A stretch of 64,000 bases of DNA from Felis catus. Lineage: Eukaryota. The translations under genes were made by a program, and so were the position numbers. Numbering within the stretch: position 1 is the stretch's first letter; each line of letters starts with the position of its first letter. This document shows, piece by piece, positions 40,391-52,488 of this stretch. The notes under the pieces were generated by a model, which worked only from the letters and a program-made list of their open reading frames with translations, did no database searches and was not told the origin of the DNA. The stretch lies in contig NC_058369.1 of NCBI RefSeq assembly GCF_018350175.1, forward strand, positions 21,950,001-22,014,000. Reading direction: 5' to 3'.

Positions 40391-43300
40391 GTAAGTGTCC
40401 TTAGAGTTCCTGCTTGTCCTGATGTGTGGTTATCATTTGCCTCTGTACTTAAACTGGCAGCTAGCTTTCTGGGTGGCTGAAGTTTACAGCTATGCATGGG
40501 ATGATTCCTGGAGCTTTCCAACAGGGGGTTTGTTTGTTTGCTTTTCTCTCTGACCTGTATTCTCAAATTTATACTGAATGAAAGTGTATAAAGTCCTGAA
40601 TCTTGTATGAAGAGATGTGGAACTTTTTCACGGAAGGTTCCGGTTTGTAGCAGATTTTAAAATAACTTTTCTTTACACATAGACTTTTGCCGTCTACCAT
40701 TCTTTTTAGGATAATAAGAGCTGCTTTTTTTTTTTTTTTTTTAAATCAAGTGCTATTGGGGAGTGATGGGCATTTTGTTTGGTCAGTTTTTCTGGTAAGT
40801 AGAGAATTACCGTGGACTTTGCCCGTGAACTCTTCATTTTTAGAGCAGCAGTGTACAAGAAAACGAATACAGTTATGTGGAACCTAATTTGGAGAATACA
40901 GTGTAGTATTCTACTAGGAGCGGCCTATGAAATGCCCCAAGATAAGATGATTCTTTGGTTAAATAAATCGGGATACTTTCACATAACTTTATTGCCCTCT
41001 TAAAGATTTATAGTGCACATTAGCTCAGTAAGAGCTCCGGGAAGGTCTGTAGTTAAACCAGTTTCATTTTGTTTAACTCAGCGAGTCCCTAAAAGTAATT
41101 GGTCATGGATTCTTCAAACAGTTTTTTGGCAGAACGTATCGCCGAAACCAGTGTTTCATGGAACTTCCTTTGGGAAAGGTTGGTATAGTTAAAAAAACAA
41201 AAACAAAAAGAAAGAAAGAAGAAAGAAAAAAAGCCCTAAAGAGCACCAGAGTTGGGACTAGGAGCGTGATTGTCCCACGGAGCTGGCAGCTCGCTGTGTT
41301 CTGGGGCACTTCCCCAAATCCTCTCTGCGTGGCCAGTCAGCCACTTGTCTAGGGGGTTGGGTGAGAAGATCCCTGGGATCGTGTTTACCTCTGATATTCC
41401 GTAATCTTTTCTCGATGATTCAGAAGGCCCGTCAGGATTTTTTCTCCAGCTGTGGCATCCTCCTTGGCAGAGCCTGCCCAGAGAGGCAGGTGGGGCCGGG
41501 GCCAGCGCTGGGTCACAGGGAGCTCCCTCTATTGTTTTGCTTTCTCCTCTCTTAAGATTCATTTTGTTCTGATTTTTCTCATGTTGAAGCTGTATCTTAG
41601 TAGGGCTGGCGGTTTGTAACCGAGTGTTGTAAAGGCAAAACTAGTGTGGGGAGGGCTCTGCTGGGTTCTGAAGATCCTGAAATTATGCTCTTGTGATTTT
41701 TAGCCTCAATGGTCTATATACAGGATTTCATGTCACACGTAAGATGTTGTGGCGTATGTCCCATAATAACGTGATGTCTGTTCACGGTCAGGCTTTTACG
41801 GTCTGATTTCCAGAGAGTGCAATAAACTTGGGGACACCGCTCCCGAAGATACAACTCAACAGGACTGGATGCATGTATACACCCTTACCATCAGTGTGCA
41901 TTTATACTATGGTGATTTGTGTGCTTTGGGATATTTTAAACAGCTTCTGATTTGGTTGTAGGCATGTGACATTAGATGATCATTTGAAAGGAAAAGAAGT
42001 GGCAAAAAGCCCCCATCAATGGGGATGGATCATCATAGTCTAGGCCACAGATGGTGTCAGCCTTGTTACCAAATTTAACAACGTGGATGGTGACCCAGTT
42101 TGTTGCTTTTTGTGGCTCAAGAGAACATGATTAAACAAACTTAGAAAATAAATACCTTTCAGAAAGGCAGATTAATTCAGATCAATGGAATAATTAATGT
42201 AGCTGCGTGTGTAAGCCAATTAATATTCTGATTTTTCCCAGGGAAATTCAGGGCACTGATATCTGCTGTAAGACCAGTTGGATTTCTCAGCTAACGAGTA
42301 AGGGAATAAACTATAAGAAATGGGTAAATCTGTTTTCTTCTCCCTTGCAGTCCCTCCCTAGCGGATCCTTTCTCGACAGTTCTTAAGCAGTGGTATTTTT
42401 AGGGGCGGGGGGAGAGGCGGGGTATTAGTTTGGCAGACCTTTCTAAAAACCAACATGTATTCCTTTGACCTCTTACTGCTCTGAAACTCATAGCATTCGA
42501 GTTTCTGTCTTGTTTCACTTGGATGGTCACATGGCCAGATGAGTTTATTCTCTGCTTGACTCTTTAAATATTTCCTTTCTCACTGTGGGAAGGGAAGATC
42601 TTTGTGGGTTTCCCCCTGACTCTTTGCAAGGTCCCATGCCATGTCGGTGCTCCTGCCAGGAAGCTGTTTTTTTTTTTGTTTTTTTTTTTAATACATTTGA
42701 CCCAATTTGTACCAAAGTGATTGCTCTATTTTTGGGATCGGTTTAGAGGCAGCTGAACGAAGCTTATTTTTCATCTGTAGTAAATACCTTTCAGTTAACG
42801 TGAATGGCAAAGCAAAGGGCAGAGACCGATACGGGTTGCAGAACTGCACGTGTCAGGGTGCTGGCGAATTGCTTTGCTTCGTAGCTCTGTGGGAAATGTG
42901 TATGTTGAACTCTTAGAGCCAGCTTGGTACAAGCTGTTTCTGCCTGTTACAGGTCATTTGTAGTGAGGTGATTACTTCTGTTGGGTAGGAAGGGTGGCCA
43001 TCCTCACTGGTCTGATAGGTATTTTGTCTGGGTTGCATGCAACTTAGCCAGCTTTGGAGATCTAGAAACTACCTTGGGGGCAGCAAGTTTTCCCAGGGTT
43101 AGATTTTTTTTTTTAAATATAAACAATCTCAAGTTTCTATGCAGCTTTCATTTGTGGACTTGCAGGGACTGGTGGAGGCTGGAGCCATGGAAACGGTACA
43201 ACTGAGTTCCCACAGTGAGACCCTTCTTGGCTCAGTGGGTAGCGCGAACTCCTCGCTTCCACTTATTGAAAGTGTATATCATTTGTTTAATTTCTTCTTA

Positions 43301-43994
43301 GCCCGGGTGGGGGGCGGAGGGGAGAGCTCTGCTTCATGGGGTGTCGGAGCGAGGCTGCTCACAGTATTGTACTTCAGTGTGTTGAAGGATGCTCTATCTA
43401 GTTTCCCAAACTTCAGTTTTTCATATGCAAACTGACGCAGTTGAAATTTTCTGCCTGTGCAGCGGGGTCCCCAGCCCCAGGCGGTGCCCAGCTTTCTGTA
43501 GTGCTGAGCTGCCCCAAATTAGAGCTGTCCCAAATGGGGGTGCTTGTCTGCCAATTAGGACCTTCCCTCATGTCTGCTAATGATGCCACCCACGAAGGGC
43601 AGGGCCTCTGGCCCAGGCCTCTCTATCCCTTTATCAGGCACAGCGGTGGATAAAGGGTGTTCAATAAGTTGCTTGTTCTACTCAACAGGCAGTTTTACCA
43701 AGGCTTTGCCCCTTTCCCGCCCCCTTTCTCATCTTGTTGTTGAGTTGAGGCCCCTTTGTTTTTTCTTTAGCCAGTTGATATTTTGCATCTACAGAACCCC
43801 TCGTGTCTTCCTCTCCTCCCCATCCACACCCAGGTTGCTGCGGCCAGGTCCTCCTGGGCCGTCTGAGCTTTTTGGGTTCCTCTTTGTAGCTGAACCCCCC
43901 CTCCCCCCGCATTTGTCCACCTACAGTTCCTAAACACTCCTCTTGTGAGCTTGCCCGCCCCCTGGGCTTTTCTCCATCTGCAGTGCCTCTTCTC

Positions 43995-44085
43995 CCCTGG
44001 CCCCTCCTCCTCCTCCTCCTTCTGCTGCTGCTTCTTCTCCTTCTTCTCCGTCTTCCTTCTCCTTCTTCGTCTTCCTTCTTTTTTT
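43995..44085. repeat. Pyrimidine-rich (CCT/CTG/CTT)n low-complexity tract adjoining a SINE tail
   Basis: Direct reading of the sequence. Confidence 0.85.
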
Positions 44086-44838
44086 AAAATTTTTGAGAGA
44101 GAGAGAGGGAGAGCACAAGTAGGGGAGGGACAGAGAGAGAGGGAGACACAGAATCTGAAGCAGGCTCCAGGCTCTGAGCTGTCAGCACAGAGCCCGACAC
44201 CGGGCTTGAACTCACGAACCGGGAGATCATGACCTGAGCCGAAGTCAGATGCTTAACCAACTGAACCACCCAGGCGCCGCCCCCCCCCCAGGTTTTTTTA
44301 ATGTTTATTTATTTTTGAGAGAGAGTACGAGTGGGGGAGGGTCAGAGAGAGAGGGAGACACAGAATCTGAAGCAGGCTTCAGGCTCTGAGCTGTCAGCAC
44401 AGAGCCTGATGCTGGGCTCGGACCTGTGAATTGTGAGATCATGACCCGAACCAAAGATGCTTAACCAACTGAGCCACCTAGGTGCCCCCCCCCCCCCAGC
44501 CCCTTCTTCACATGTCACCGTAGCTTTTCAGGAATAATCTCAAACTACTCACTTCCACGAAGGATTTTCTGACCCTGATCCAAAGTAACACTTTTTTTTT
44601 TCATTAACAATTTTTTAAATGTTTATTTATTTATTTATTTATTTATTTTTTTTTTGAGAGAAAGACAGACTGTGAGTGGGAGAGGGGTAAAGAGAGAGGG
44701 GGGCACAGAACCTAAAACAGATGCCAGGCTCTAAGCTGTCAGCACAGAGCCTGAGGTGGGGCTTGAACTCATGAGTGGTGAGATCATGACCTGTGCTGAA
44801 GTCAGAGGCTTAACCTGCTGAGCCACCCTGGTGTCCCC
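44080..44838 (-). mobile_element. Three antisense SINEC_Fc copies (~44080-44278, 44293-44490, 44605-44838)
   Basis: Three consensus bodies. The third has TSD CCAAAGTAACACT. Confidence 0.92.
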
Positions 44839-46884
44839 AAAGTAACACTCTTATTTGAACCTGTCTGGTGGAAACTCGCATATAAAATACCCTATATTTT
44901 AGCTCTTTATATTCCCATCTTTATGTTATCAAGCATTTTCAGAATATAATTCATAAGGAGTATAGCTCAGTGGTCAAGGATTTGACTGCAGAACACAACT
45001 CATAGTGAATCATTCTGGAATCCCCCACAGTGCCTGGCCCTCTGGTACAAAGTAGCTGTTGAGTAAACACGTGTTGTTGATGTGATTGCCAGGAGAAGCA
45101 CCAAACCCATTCTTTCCTCTGAGCTTTATTCGGGATTTCCTGTGTGGCAGGTCCCTCTGTGGACTCCTTGGAGGAGGTCCTTGGCTGGGAGTGGGTGGGA
45201 AGTTATAAGCGCATATTCTTAAAAAGGTTAGCGTCTTGTGACTCTGCTCCTCGAGCACCTCTGGCTGATGGAGCCCTGGGAGCTGGGTTTCAGAGCTGAG
45301 CCGTCTAGAATGTTTTGTGCTCAGAGTAGCGGAGTGGTGGGTCTCTGAGCAGCAATGCTGGCTGTGGGCTCTTGGCAGTGGGACCATTGTGAGATGCCTT
45401 ACAATGGCCAGGAATGTCGTGGGACGGTGTCCTTTGATTGTGTTCTCTCTTCCGTGGCTGAGATCCCAATGCACGGTGTTTCCTGGGCTGAAAAAGTGAG
45501 CACATTGGGTCTGTGTGGTCATATAGTTTAGCATCTCACTGTTTTTGCACATAGTGAGAATTTCCAAAACACAGTTTCATAACTTGGTTCCTTGGGGTTA
45601 GCCTGTAAGGTGGGTTTTAGTTCAGAATGTTATCCGCACCAGGTCTTTGCTCCGCAAAGAGTTCTGTTTGAACTGTGCGCTCTTATTTCTGCACAGCTAG
45701 ATTCTGTCTGTTCTGGGACAGCTCCCGTGCTGCCTTCTCAGCTCAGCCTCCTCTGAGCCTCATTCGCTCCTGCCTCCCACCCCACCTGCCAGAGTGTAAG
45801 TACTTGCTTTCTCTTTGCCCTCCCATAAGCACAGTAAGTCCTCGTCTTTACAGACATTAGGTCCTTTTTATAACAACCCCTCCTCGCTTTATAACTGTTA
45901 CGGGGAGTGGTTTGTGTTTCGTGGTTCTGCACATGCGTTGTGGGGTCTGAAGGCCTGGTTCTTTGGCTGATTAGCTGAGTTACTTTGGATGAAATCAGCA
46001 TATGAGTTCCTAGAGACGGAGGCTGGAGTCTGATCGGTCTCTATGGTGTTGCAAACGTAACCCCGTGCCCGGTGCACAGTAGGTGCATCAGGAAATGTAT
46101 GTGGAATGAGCCAATAAATACACGAATGGCCATACAAGGGCTTCATGGTAAGTCCTTACGGATCAGTCGTTAATTTTCAACAATTGGCTAATGATTAATG
46201 TTTGCCCAAGAGGCTGACTTTCGTTGTCCAGTCTAATGAGAATCCCAGGAAACACCTGTCAGAGTTTGCCTTTAATTTCAGGATGGTGTCTTTCTTGGCA
46301 AATTTAACTCTTTACATCTGAGGCAGGAGAGAAGGAAGACAGACAGACACTTGTTGATACTTTCTGAATCGTAAGCTGGCTTCTGTGTTCAGTGTTGTAC
46401 GTGTGCCCAGTGTGTGCACTGTGTGCGCGCGGGTGGAGCATGAGCATCACAGTTCATAGAAAGACGGGTGGAGGGAAAGCGGCAAAATGACCAGAGGAGA
46501 CAGACTTGTGTGGTAACACTGTACCCAACACTGGTTTCCTAGTCATAAAATGTGAACCGGTTTATGTGCTACACAAACCATCATATGTCTTTTCTAGTCT
46601 TACCTTGTGACAAAGAACACGTTACGTGGCCCCATCTTTTACTGAACGGCCTTTGGTTGGGTATTGACAGGTTTTCAGAGACCAAGTCCAGCTCTTAAAG
46701 AGTTCAAGTTTGCTACTAGTCAAGTTTCTTAAGAAGGGTTCCAAAGGGTCCTCAGTCCTTTGGCTGGTTTGTTACAAAAGCAAATCTCATTGTTTTATAG
46801 TCCTACCTTAAGCACCGGGATTTCCTTGCTCAGACCCTTTAAAAATGAGCTTGGCTTAGAGTGAAGATATTTGGATATATTGAT

Positions 46885-46952
46885 GTGTTAGCCAGCACTT
46901 GTTGGATTACGGGTTGCAGAGACACAACTCAAATTGGCTTAGTTGGAAAAAA

Positions 46953-46986
<34 letters not shown>

Positions 46987-47710
46987 TTTATGAACTTAGC
47001 TACCTAAAAAATCCAAGGGGTAGAAGTCCTATCAGAGGCAGCTGGAAAAAGGGGCTTAAAAGAGGGTATCGGGGCACCTGGGTTGGTTGGTTCAGCATCT
47101 GACTCTCAACTTCAGCTCAGGTCATGATCTCACGGTCATAAGATTGAACCCTGTATTGGGCTCCATGCTGAGTGTGGAGCCTGCTTGGGATTCTCTCTCT
47201 CCCTCTCTTTCTGCACCTCCCCTGCTCATGCTCTCTTCTTCTCTCTCTCTCTCTCTCCCTTTCTCTAAATAAATACATATAAAAAAGAGGCTATCAGGAT
47301 GCCAGCCTGCACCCTGGCCCTCGGGTGTCTGTGGCAGGGTCTGGCTGGCCTGCAGTGGGTCTGTCTCACACACCATCTCAAGTGTGCATCCCTCTTAGCC
47401 CATCTGGGGGAGGGTCTGTGGGAAGATGCATTCTTTCCTTAACCTCAGCTCAAGTTCAGTATTTTAAAAATGATTGTGTGAGAAACAAGAGACCCCTGTG
47501 GCAGATTTGTGGATAGTTTCTTTTTTTAACCTTCCCCATCAGTATTTAATTTTTAACTGTCTGCAAAATGTGAGAAGTTCTGAAATCAGAGGGGACAATT
47601 TGCCCAGCAGTAGAGATACTTATGTCTCATTAGATATGAGTGGTGGTGGGGTGGGGCTCTAGAACAGACCCCCAACAGCTCCTCCCCTAACAAAGTTCCT
47701 AAAGAAATTA
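46885..47710. mobile_element. Degenerate MLT1-like LTR containing (TG)n and a SINE
   Basis: GGTTGCAGAGACACAACTCAAATTGGCTTAG..GATTTATGAACTTA..AAATCCAAGGG pattern. Confidence 0.5.
47070..47288 (+). mobile_element. Can-SINE (only sense-strand copy seen in intron 3)
   Basis: GGGGCACCTGGG head, (CT)n and AATAAA tail. TSD AAAAGAGG[G/C]TATC. Confidence 0.88.
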
Positions 47711-49069
47711 TAGATGTTCTGAAATTCTAGTGGTTGAGCTATAGGGAAGGACATCAGGGGGCATTACTGTTGCTCAGATGATGTGCCAAGGGAAGGGCTG
47801 GCGGTGGGTGTCCTTGTCCTGGGGGTGGGAGATTGGCAGGTCACCCAGGAATAGACGGTAGCATCCCTGCTTCTTCCTCCTACTGTGCTCAGACGCCTGG
47901 GGCTCTCTGCCAGCAACAGCACAGGCTATGTCTCCCAAGTCCTGTTCTGCCCATGTGATCAGAGTAGGGAAAGAGGCAGAAGGTGTCTTCCCTTTTTAAT
48001 TCAAGTGGGATTGGAGTTGTTGCTGCTACGGTTCTTGCGGACAGTAAAACGGTGTGGCTAGGGAGCACAGCCAGCTGTGGCTGGTGGGGTGGGGGACACA
48101 GTGAGCAAAGCTGAAGATGGGGCTGAAGGGGGAATTGCCTGAGGTGACTAGTCCTATGTGTGTGTGTGTGTGTGTGTGGTGGGGTGGTGGGCAGAGATGT
48201 GGGTGGGTGGAAGGATGGATGGGTGGTTTTGACACACACCTTGAAGAATGAAGCCTTCTGGTGATTTTTGCTAAGCAGGGCCCCAGACATTGTCCAGCGC
48301 AGGGGAAAATGACTTTCTTCTCCTGAGCCTCCAAGCAATTCTTTCTGCCAATTTTTTATCCTGCTCCCTATTGGCTGAGTGGTAATTCTAGAAATCAGAG
48401 GACATCTGTTGAAATTATTGAAAAAGTGACCTTGAGGGGCAGGCTGGAGGGAAATGGGAGGCTGACCTGAGGGAGGGAAGGCAGGTTGCAGGCTGCTCAG
48501 GGGGAACGTGGCTGGCAGGTGGACCCAGCCTGGGAAGGAGGGACATGGCAGCCTGGGGCCTCCAAGCCGGTGAGGTGAGAGGCTCCCACCTTTCCCTGCC
48601 TCCTTTTTCTGTGTCCATGGGGAAGTCTAGCACAACGTGCTCACAGATAATTTTGTAGAGCTGGAAGGACTCTTATTTATAAGACAGGGAGTTGAGGCAC
48701 CATTATTCAAAGGATATTTTATTGAGACTTGCTATGTGGGGCAGACCAGGCTTTCCTGTCCTTGACTTATAGCCCAAGATGCTCTGGCTTGCTGTGCCCA
48801 GGAAAACCCACAACCTGGGGTCAGAGAACAACCCTCTTTGTTTTCCACATTTTGTGTTCTCACAACAGATCATCATTCACCATTTACACGAATGCATTCT
48901 TCTGGACAGTGGAAACAATATAAAGTGACAGTCTCTTTTTACCTGTCCAGCTCGTTCTAATCAGTCATCAGTTTGGTGTGGCCCTTTCAGAATTGTTTTT
49001 CATTGTGTGCGTATATGTGTGTAACCTGTGCATTTTGCACAGCAGGTGTCTATATAGTTTGGGTATTTT

Positions 49070-49318
49070 ATTTTTTATTTTTATTTTTTTAACATTCTTT
49101 TTTTTAAAGTTTATTTATTTTGAGAGAGACAGAGACAGCGCAAGTGGGGGAGGGGCAGAGAGAACTAGAGAGAGAGAGAGAGAGACAGAATCCCAAGCAG
49201 CCTCCGCACTGTCAGCATGGAGCCTGACGTGGGGCTCAAACTTGTGTACTGTGACATCATGACCTGAGTTGAAACCAAGAGTCAGATGCTCAACCGACTG
49301 AGCCACCCAGGCACCCCC
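49070..49318 (-). mobile_element. Can-SINE
   Basis: Antisense consensus with T-rich tail. Confidence 0.9.
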
Positions 49319-49329
49319 ATACATACTCA

Positions 49330-49720
49330 TGTATTTTAAAGTTTACACGAGTGGGAACAGAATGCATGCATCATATAGCTTCTTTTTTTTTTCCACTTAA
49401 CATATCATACAGATCTTTCCATATCTGTACATGGAGAGCTAACAACTTGCATTGGGGTAAAATATGCCCTGTACGAATGTGCCGTGGTTTACTTGTTCTC
49501 TTTCTGATGAGCATTTAGGCTAGTTTCTAACGTTTTGCTATTTCACACAGTACTGCACTGAATATCCTTGAACGTGCTTCTTTGTGCATACAAGGAAACA
49601 TCTCTCTGGGATAAGTACTTAGAAATCAACTCTCTGGGTGGGAGGATAGTGCATTTTTAATTTCTGCACTTACTGGCACATCACTGTCCAGTAAGCCTGT
49701 ATCCATACAGACTCCTACCC
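49330..49720 (-). mobile_element. Old L1 (L1ME-like) 3' fragment
   Basis: TGATGAGCATTTAGGCTAGTTTC..TTTTGCTATT..GAATATCCTTGAAC. Confidence 0.55.
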
Positions 49721-50974
49721 CCACATCTCCTGGAAATGATCGGCTGTCACTCACCTCTGATGACTGACCTCGTTTGTTTTCATCTCAGGCTATGGGAAGA
49801 GAAATTTTGGGAATAGGGTTCAGCCTTCCTCCTGGATGTTTGGCAGGCATCCAGAGCCTCTGGTTAGAGCAGAAAGTCCACAGACCCCGAGCACTAGATT
49901 CCTAATCTCTTTTGAACTGCAGATCCAGATGAAAGGCCCCAATGCTTATCATTCTTCTCCCCACTTTGAGTAGTACTTTGCCATACGCTTGATTATTGTA
50001 GTTGTTTCTGGTGAAATATTCATTCTAGGTAGCTAATAGGTAAATAAGTTTCTTAGTTTTGGAGTATTTGCTACAGTTTCAAGGTGAACACTGCCTTTAC
50101 AGTTCCTTTCATTTGGGGGGGAAAATATCTAACCTGGTATGTTTCTAGTGTCCCATGTTCTTTGGTTATTAATTATTTTATTTTCGTGCATAGGACAATC
50201 TCACTGTTATTATGGTATTTATGATAAGGTTTATGCCCCGCTACTTCTAAAAGCTCTGAGACAGCTTAGGAAACAGGAGTGGGTGAAGGAAGGGGCAATG
50301 TGGAATGAAAACAAAGTCGACCTGCCCCAGGGGCTCGAGGCGAATGGATTGCTAACACCTGGGCACTGATTTGGCCTTCAGGATTTCCAGCAGTGATGGC
50401 CAAAGGAGGCACATCCTAAGTTACAATGCTTTTATCCTCTCAACAATGGGAAGCGGCTGCATTCATTCAGAGATGCACTTTTTAGGAGCCGAATCCAAGG
50501 AGGAATCTGCAGCGTGGGTCCTTGTACAAAGTGCATTGTCAGGCGTGGTGAGCCGTATCGTCGCTGTGCTTTTGTCAGAGTCAGAAACGCCCTGCGAGCA
50601 GATGGTCTCTGGCTTCGTAGTTTCCAAAGGGTTCACGCGCAACCTTGAACTGTGGCATAATGAAGGAACTTCTGTGTTCTGTGAGAGCTTCGCTTTTTGA
50701 TTATATAAATCATGATAGAAGTAAAGATGGGAAGATGAAAAAGAGTAGTTTAACACAGCTATCATTAAATCATGCATAAAGTACTTTTTTGAGCGTTTAT
50801 TATGTGTAACATGGAGTCCATTAAACACATTCGCTTACTGTCCTAACTTGCATAAGTCAGAACATAAAAGGACGCTATGAATTTATGCAGAGAACCCCTC
50901 CAAAACTCTCATTCTTGAAGAGATGTGGTTTTATTATTTCACTCTAATGTGGACTAAGGCAGTGACCAATAGAT

Positions 50975-51200
50975 TTTTTTTTTTTAATTTTTTTTAACTT
51001 TTTTTTTTTTTTTTTTTTGAGACAGAGAGAGAACATGAATGGGGGAGGGGCAGAGAGAGAGGGAGACACAGAGTCAGAAGCAGGTTCCAGGCTCTAAGCC
51101 GTCAGCCCAGAGCCCGACGTGGGGCTCGAACTCACGGACCGCGAGATCGTGACCTGGCTGAAGTCGGACGCTTAACCGACTGCGCCACCCAGGCGCCCCC
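50975..51200 (-). mobile_element. Young SINEC_Fc
   Basis: CpG-rich near-consensus body and long T tail. TSD CCAATAGATTTTT. Confidence 0.93.
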
Positions 51201-52269
51201 CAATAGATTTTTTAAAAAGACATCCTTGAATGTCCTTCTGTAAATAGATAACAATGGAGTATAATGACTTTATATTTAAATGACTCCTTTTGAATTGTAC
51301 AAAAACAGCCAGTAATTACCCCCTTTAGAACTTTTTCTCACGATATTGCAAAAATGAACTTCTCTTTGGGCTTTCACAAATTCTGAATTATTGAACTATA
51401 AATTAATGTTGAATCAATCTTTTCAGAGGCTTTATCGGGAGGGAAAGAAATGAGAACATCTACAGTTCTGAATTCGAATTCGAATTCAAGAAGTAGTGAC
51501 ACCCAGCAAGAATTTGGTAAAAGAGGGGTGGTGAAGAGGTCTTTCTCTAGAACGACACGTGGAGTGGAACTAGTGTGGTCAGGGACGAGAAGGCGCTGGC
51601 CAGCTGCGGAAGCTCACCTCGTCATGGAAACCATGTGGCGCAGCGGGAGGTGAGATGGCCGATTCTCATTTACCCGGAGTGGTGCTGGATGTGAATCACA
51701 GACCGGCTGAGCTTGGGATCAGAAAGGGCCCTGGAGCCCTTCGGACGGATGTGTTCCTTTTCATACTCAGCAGTTGACTTGCCCAGGGTCCCATGGTAAG
51801 GAAGGAACCAACTGAGGACCCAAGCCAGTCTCCTGTCCCCCGGCCTGTTTCTTCCCACGCCCTCCCGCAGCTGTGAGTCCGGGTTGAAGCCAGGCACTTC
51901 CCCTCTGACAGGGCAGTGTCTGAGAATACCAGGGGCAGTCGGGACAGCTGGGACATCAGATGACCAAAGAATGTCTGTTCGCAGTATGCTGGGGATTCAG
52001 TTGACTTTTAATTCTCTCCTCAATTTTTTCTTTATCTTCCCAAAGAGAGTTTTGATCACTCCTCCTTGCCCTGTTTTACTTTAGAAATTATTCTCTTACT
52101 TTCTTCACGCATCCCAACATGCGGCAATCATTTGACCATAGACAGACCCATTATTTTATGGAGTCAGGGCGCTGGCAGGGGGAGGGCAGCAGAGCATTGG
52201 CAGAGCTGGAGGATAGATGCACTGGTCTCTCCTCTGTTACCTTGATCGGGTGCGGTAGCATACACTGCC

Positions 52270-52488
52270 TTTTTTTTTTTTTTAATTTTTTTTAATGTTT
52301 ATTTATTTTTGAGAGACAGAGCATGAGTCAGGGAGGGGCAGAGAGAGAGGGAGACACAGAATCGGAAGCAGGCTCCAGGCTCTGAGCTGACAGCAGAGAG
52401 CCTGACGTGGGGCTCAAACCCACGAACCTCGAGATCATGACCTGAGCTCAAGTCGGACACTTAACCAGCTGAGCCACCTAGGCACCCC
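52270..52488 (-). mobile_element. SINEC_Fc
   Basis: Antisense consensus. TSD GCATA...CTGCCTTTT. Confidence 0.92.

Noticed and set aside
45010..45567. Longest ORF in the track (185 aa, - strand)
   Set aside because: Non-ATG start, no recognisable domain or coding-like composition, antisense within intron 3 and overlapping an L2-like remnant.
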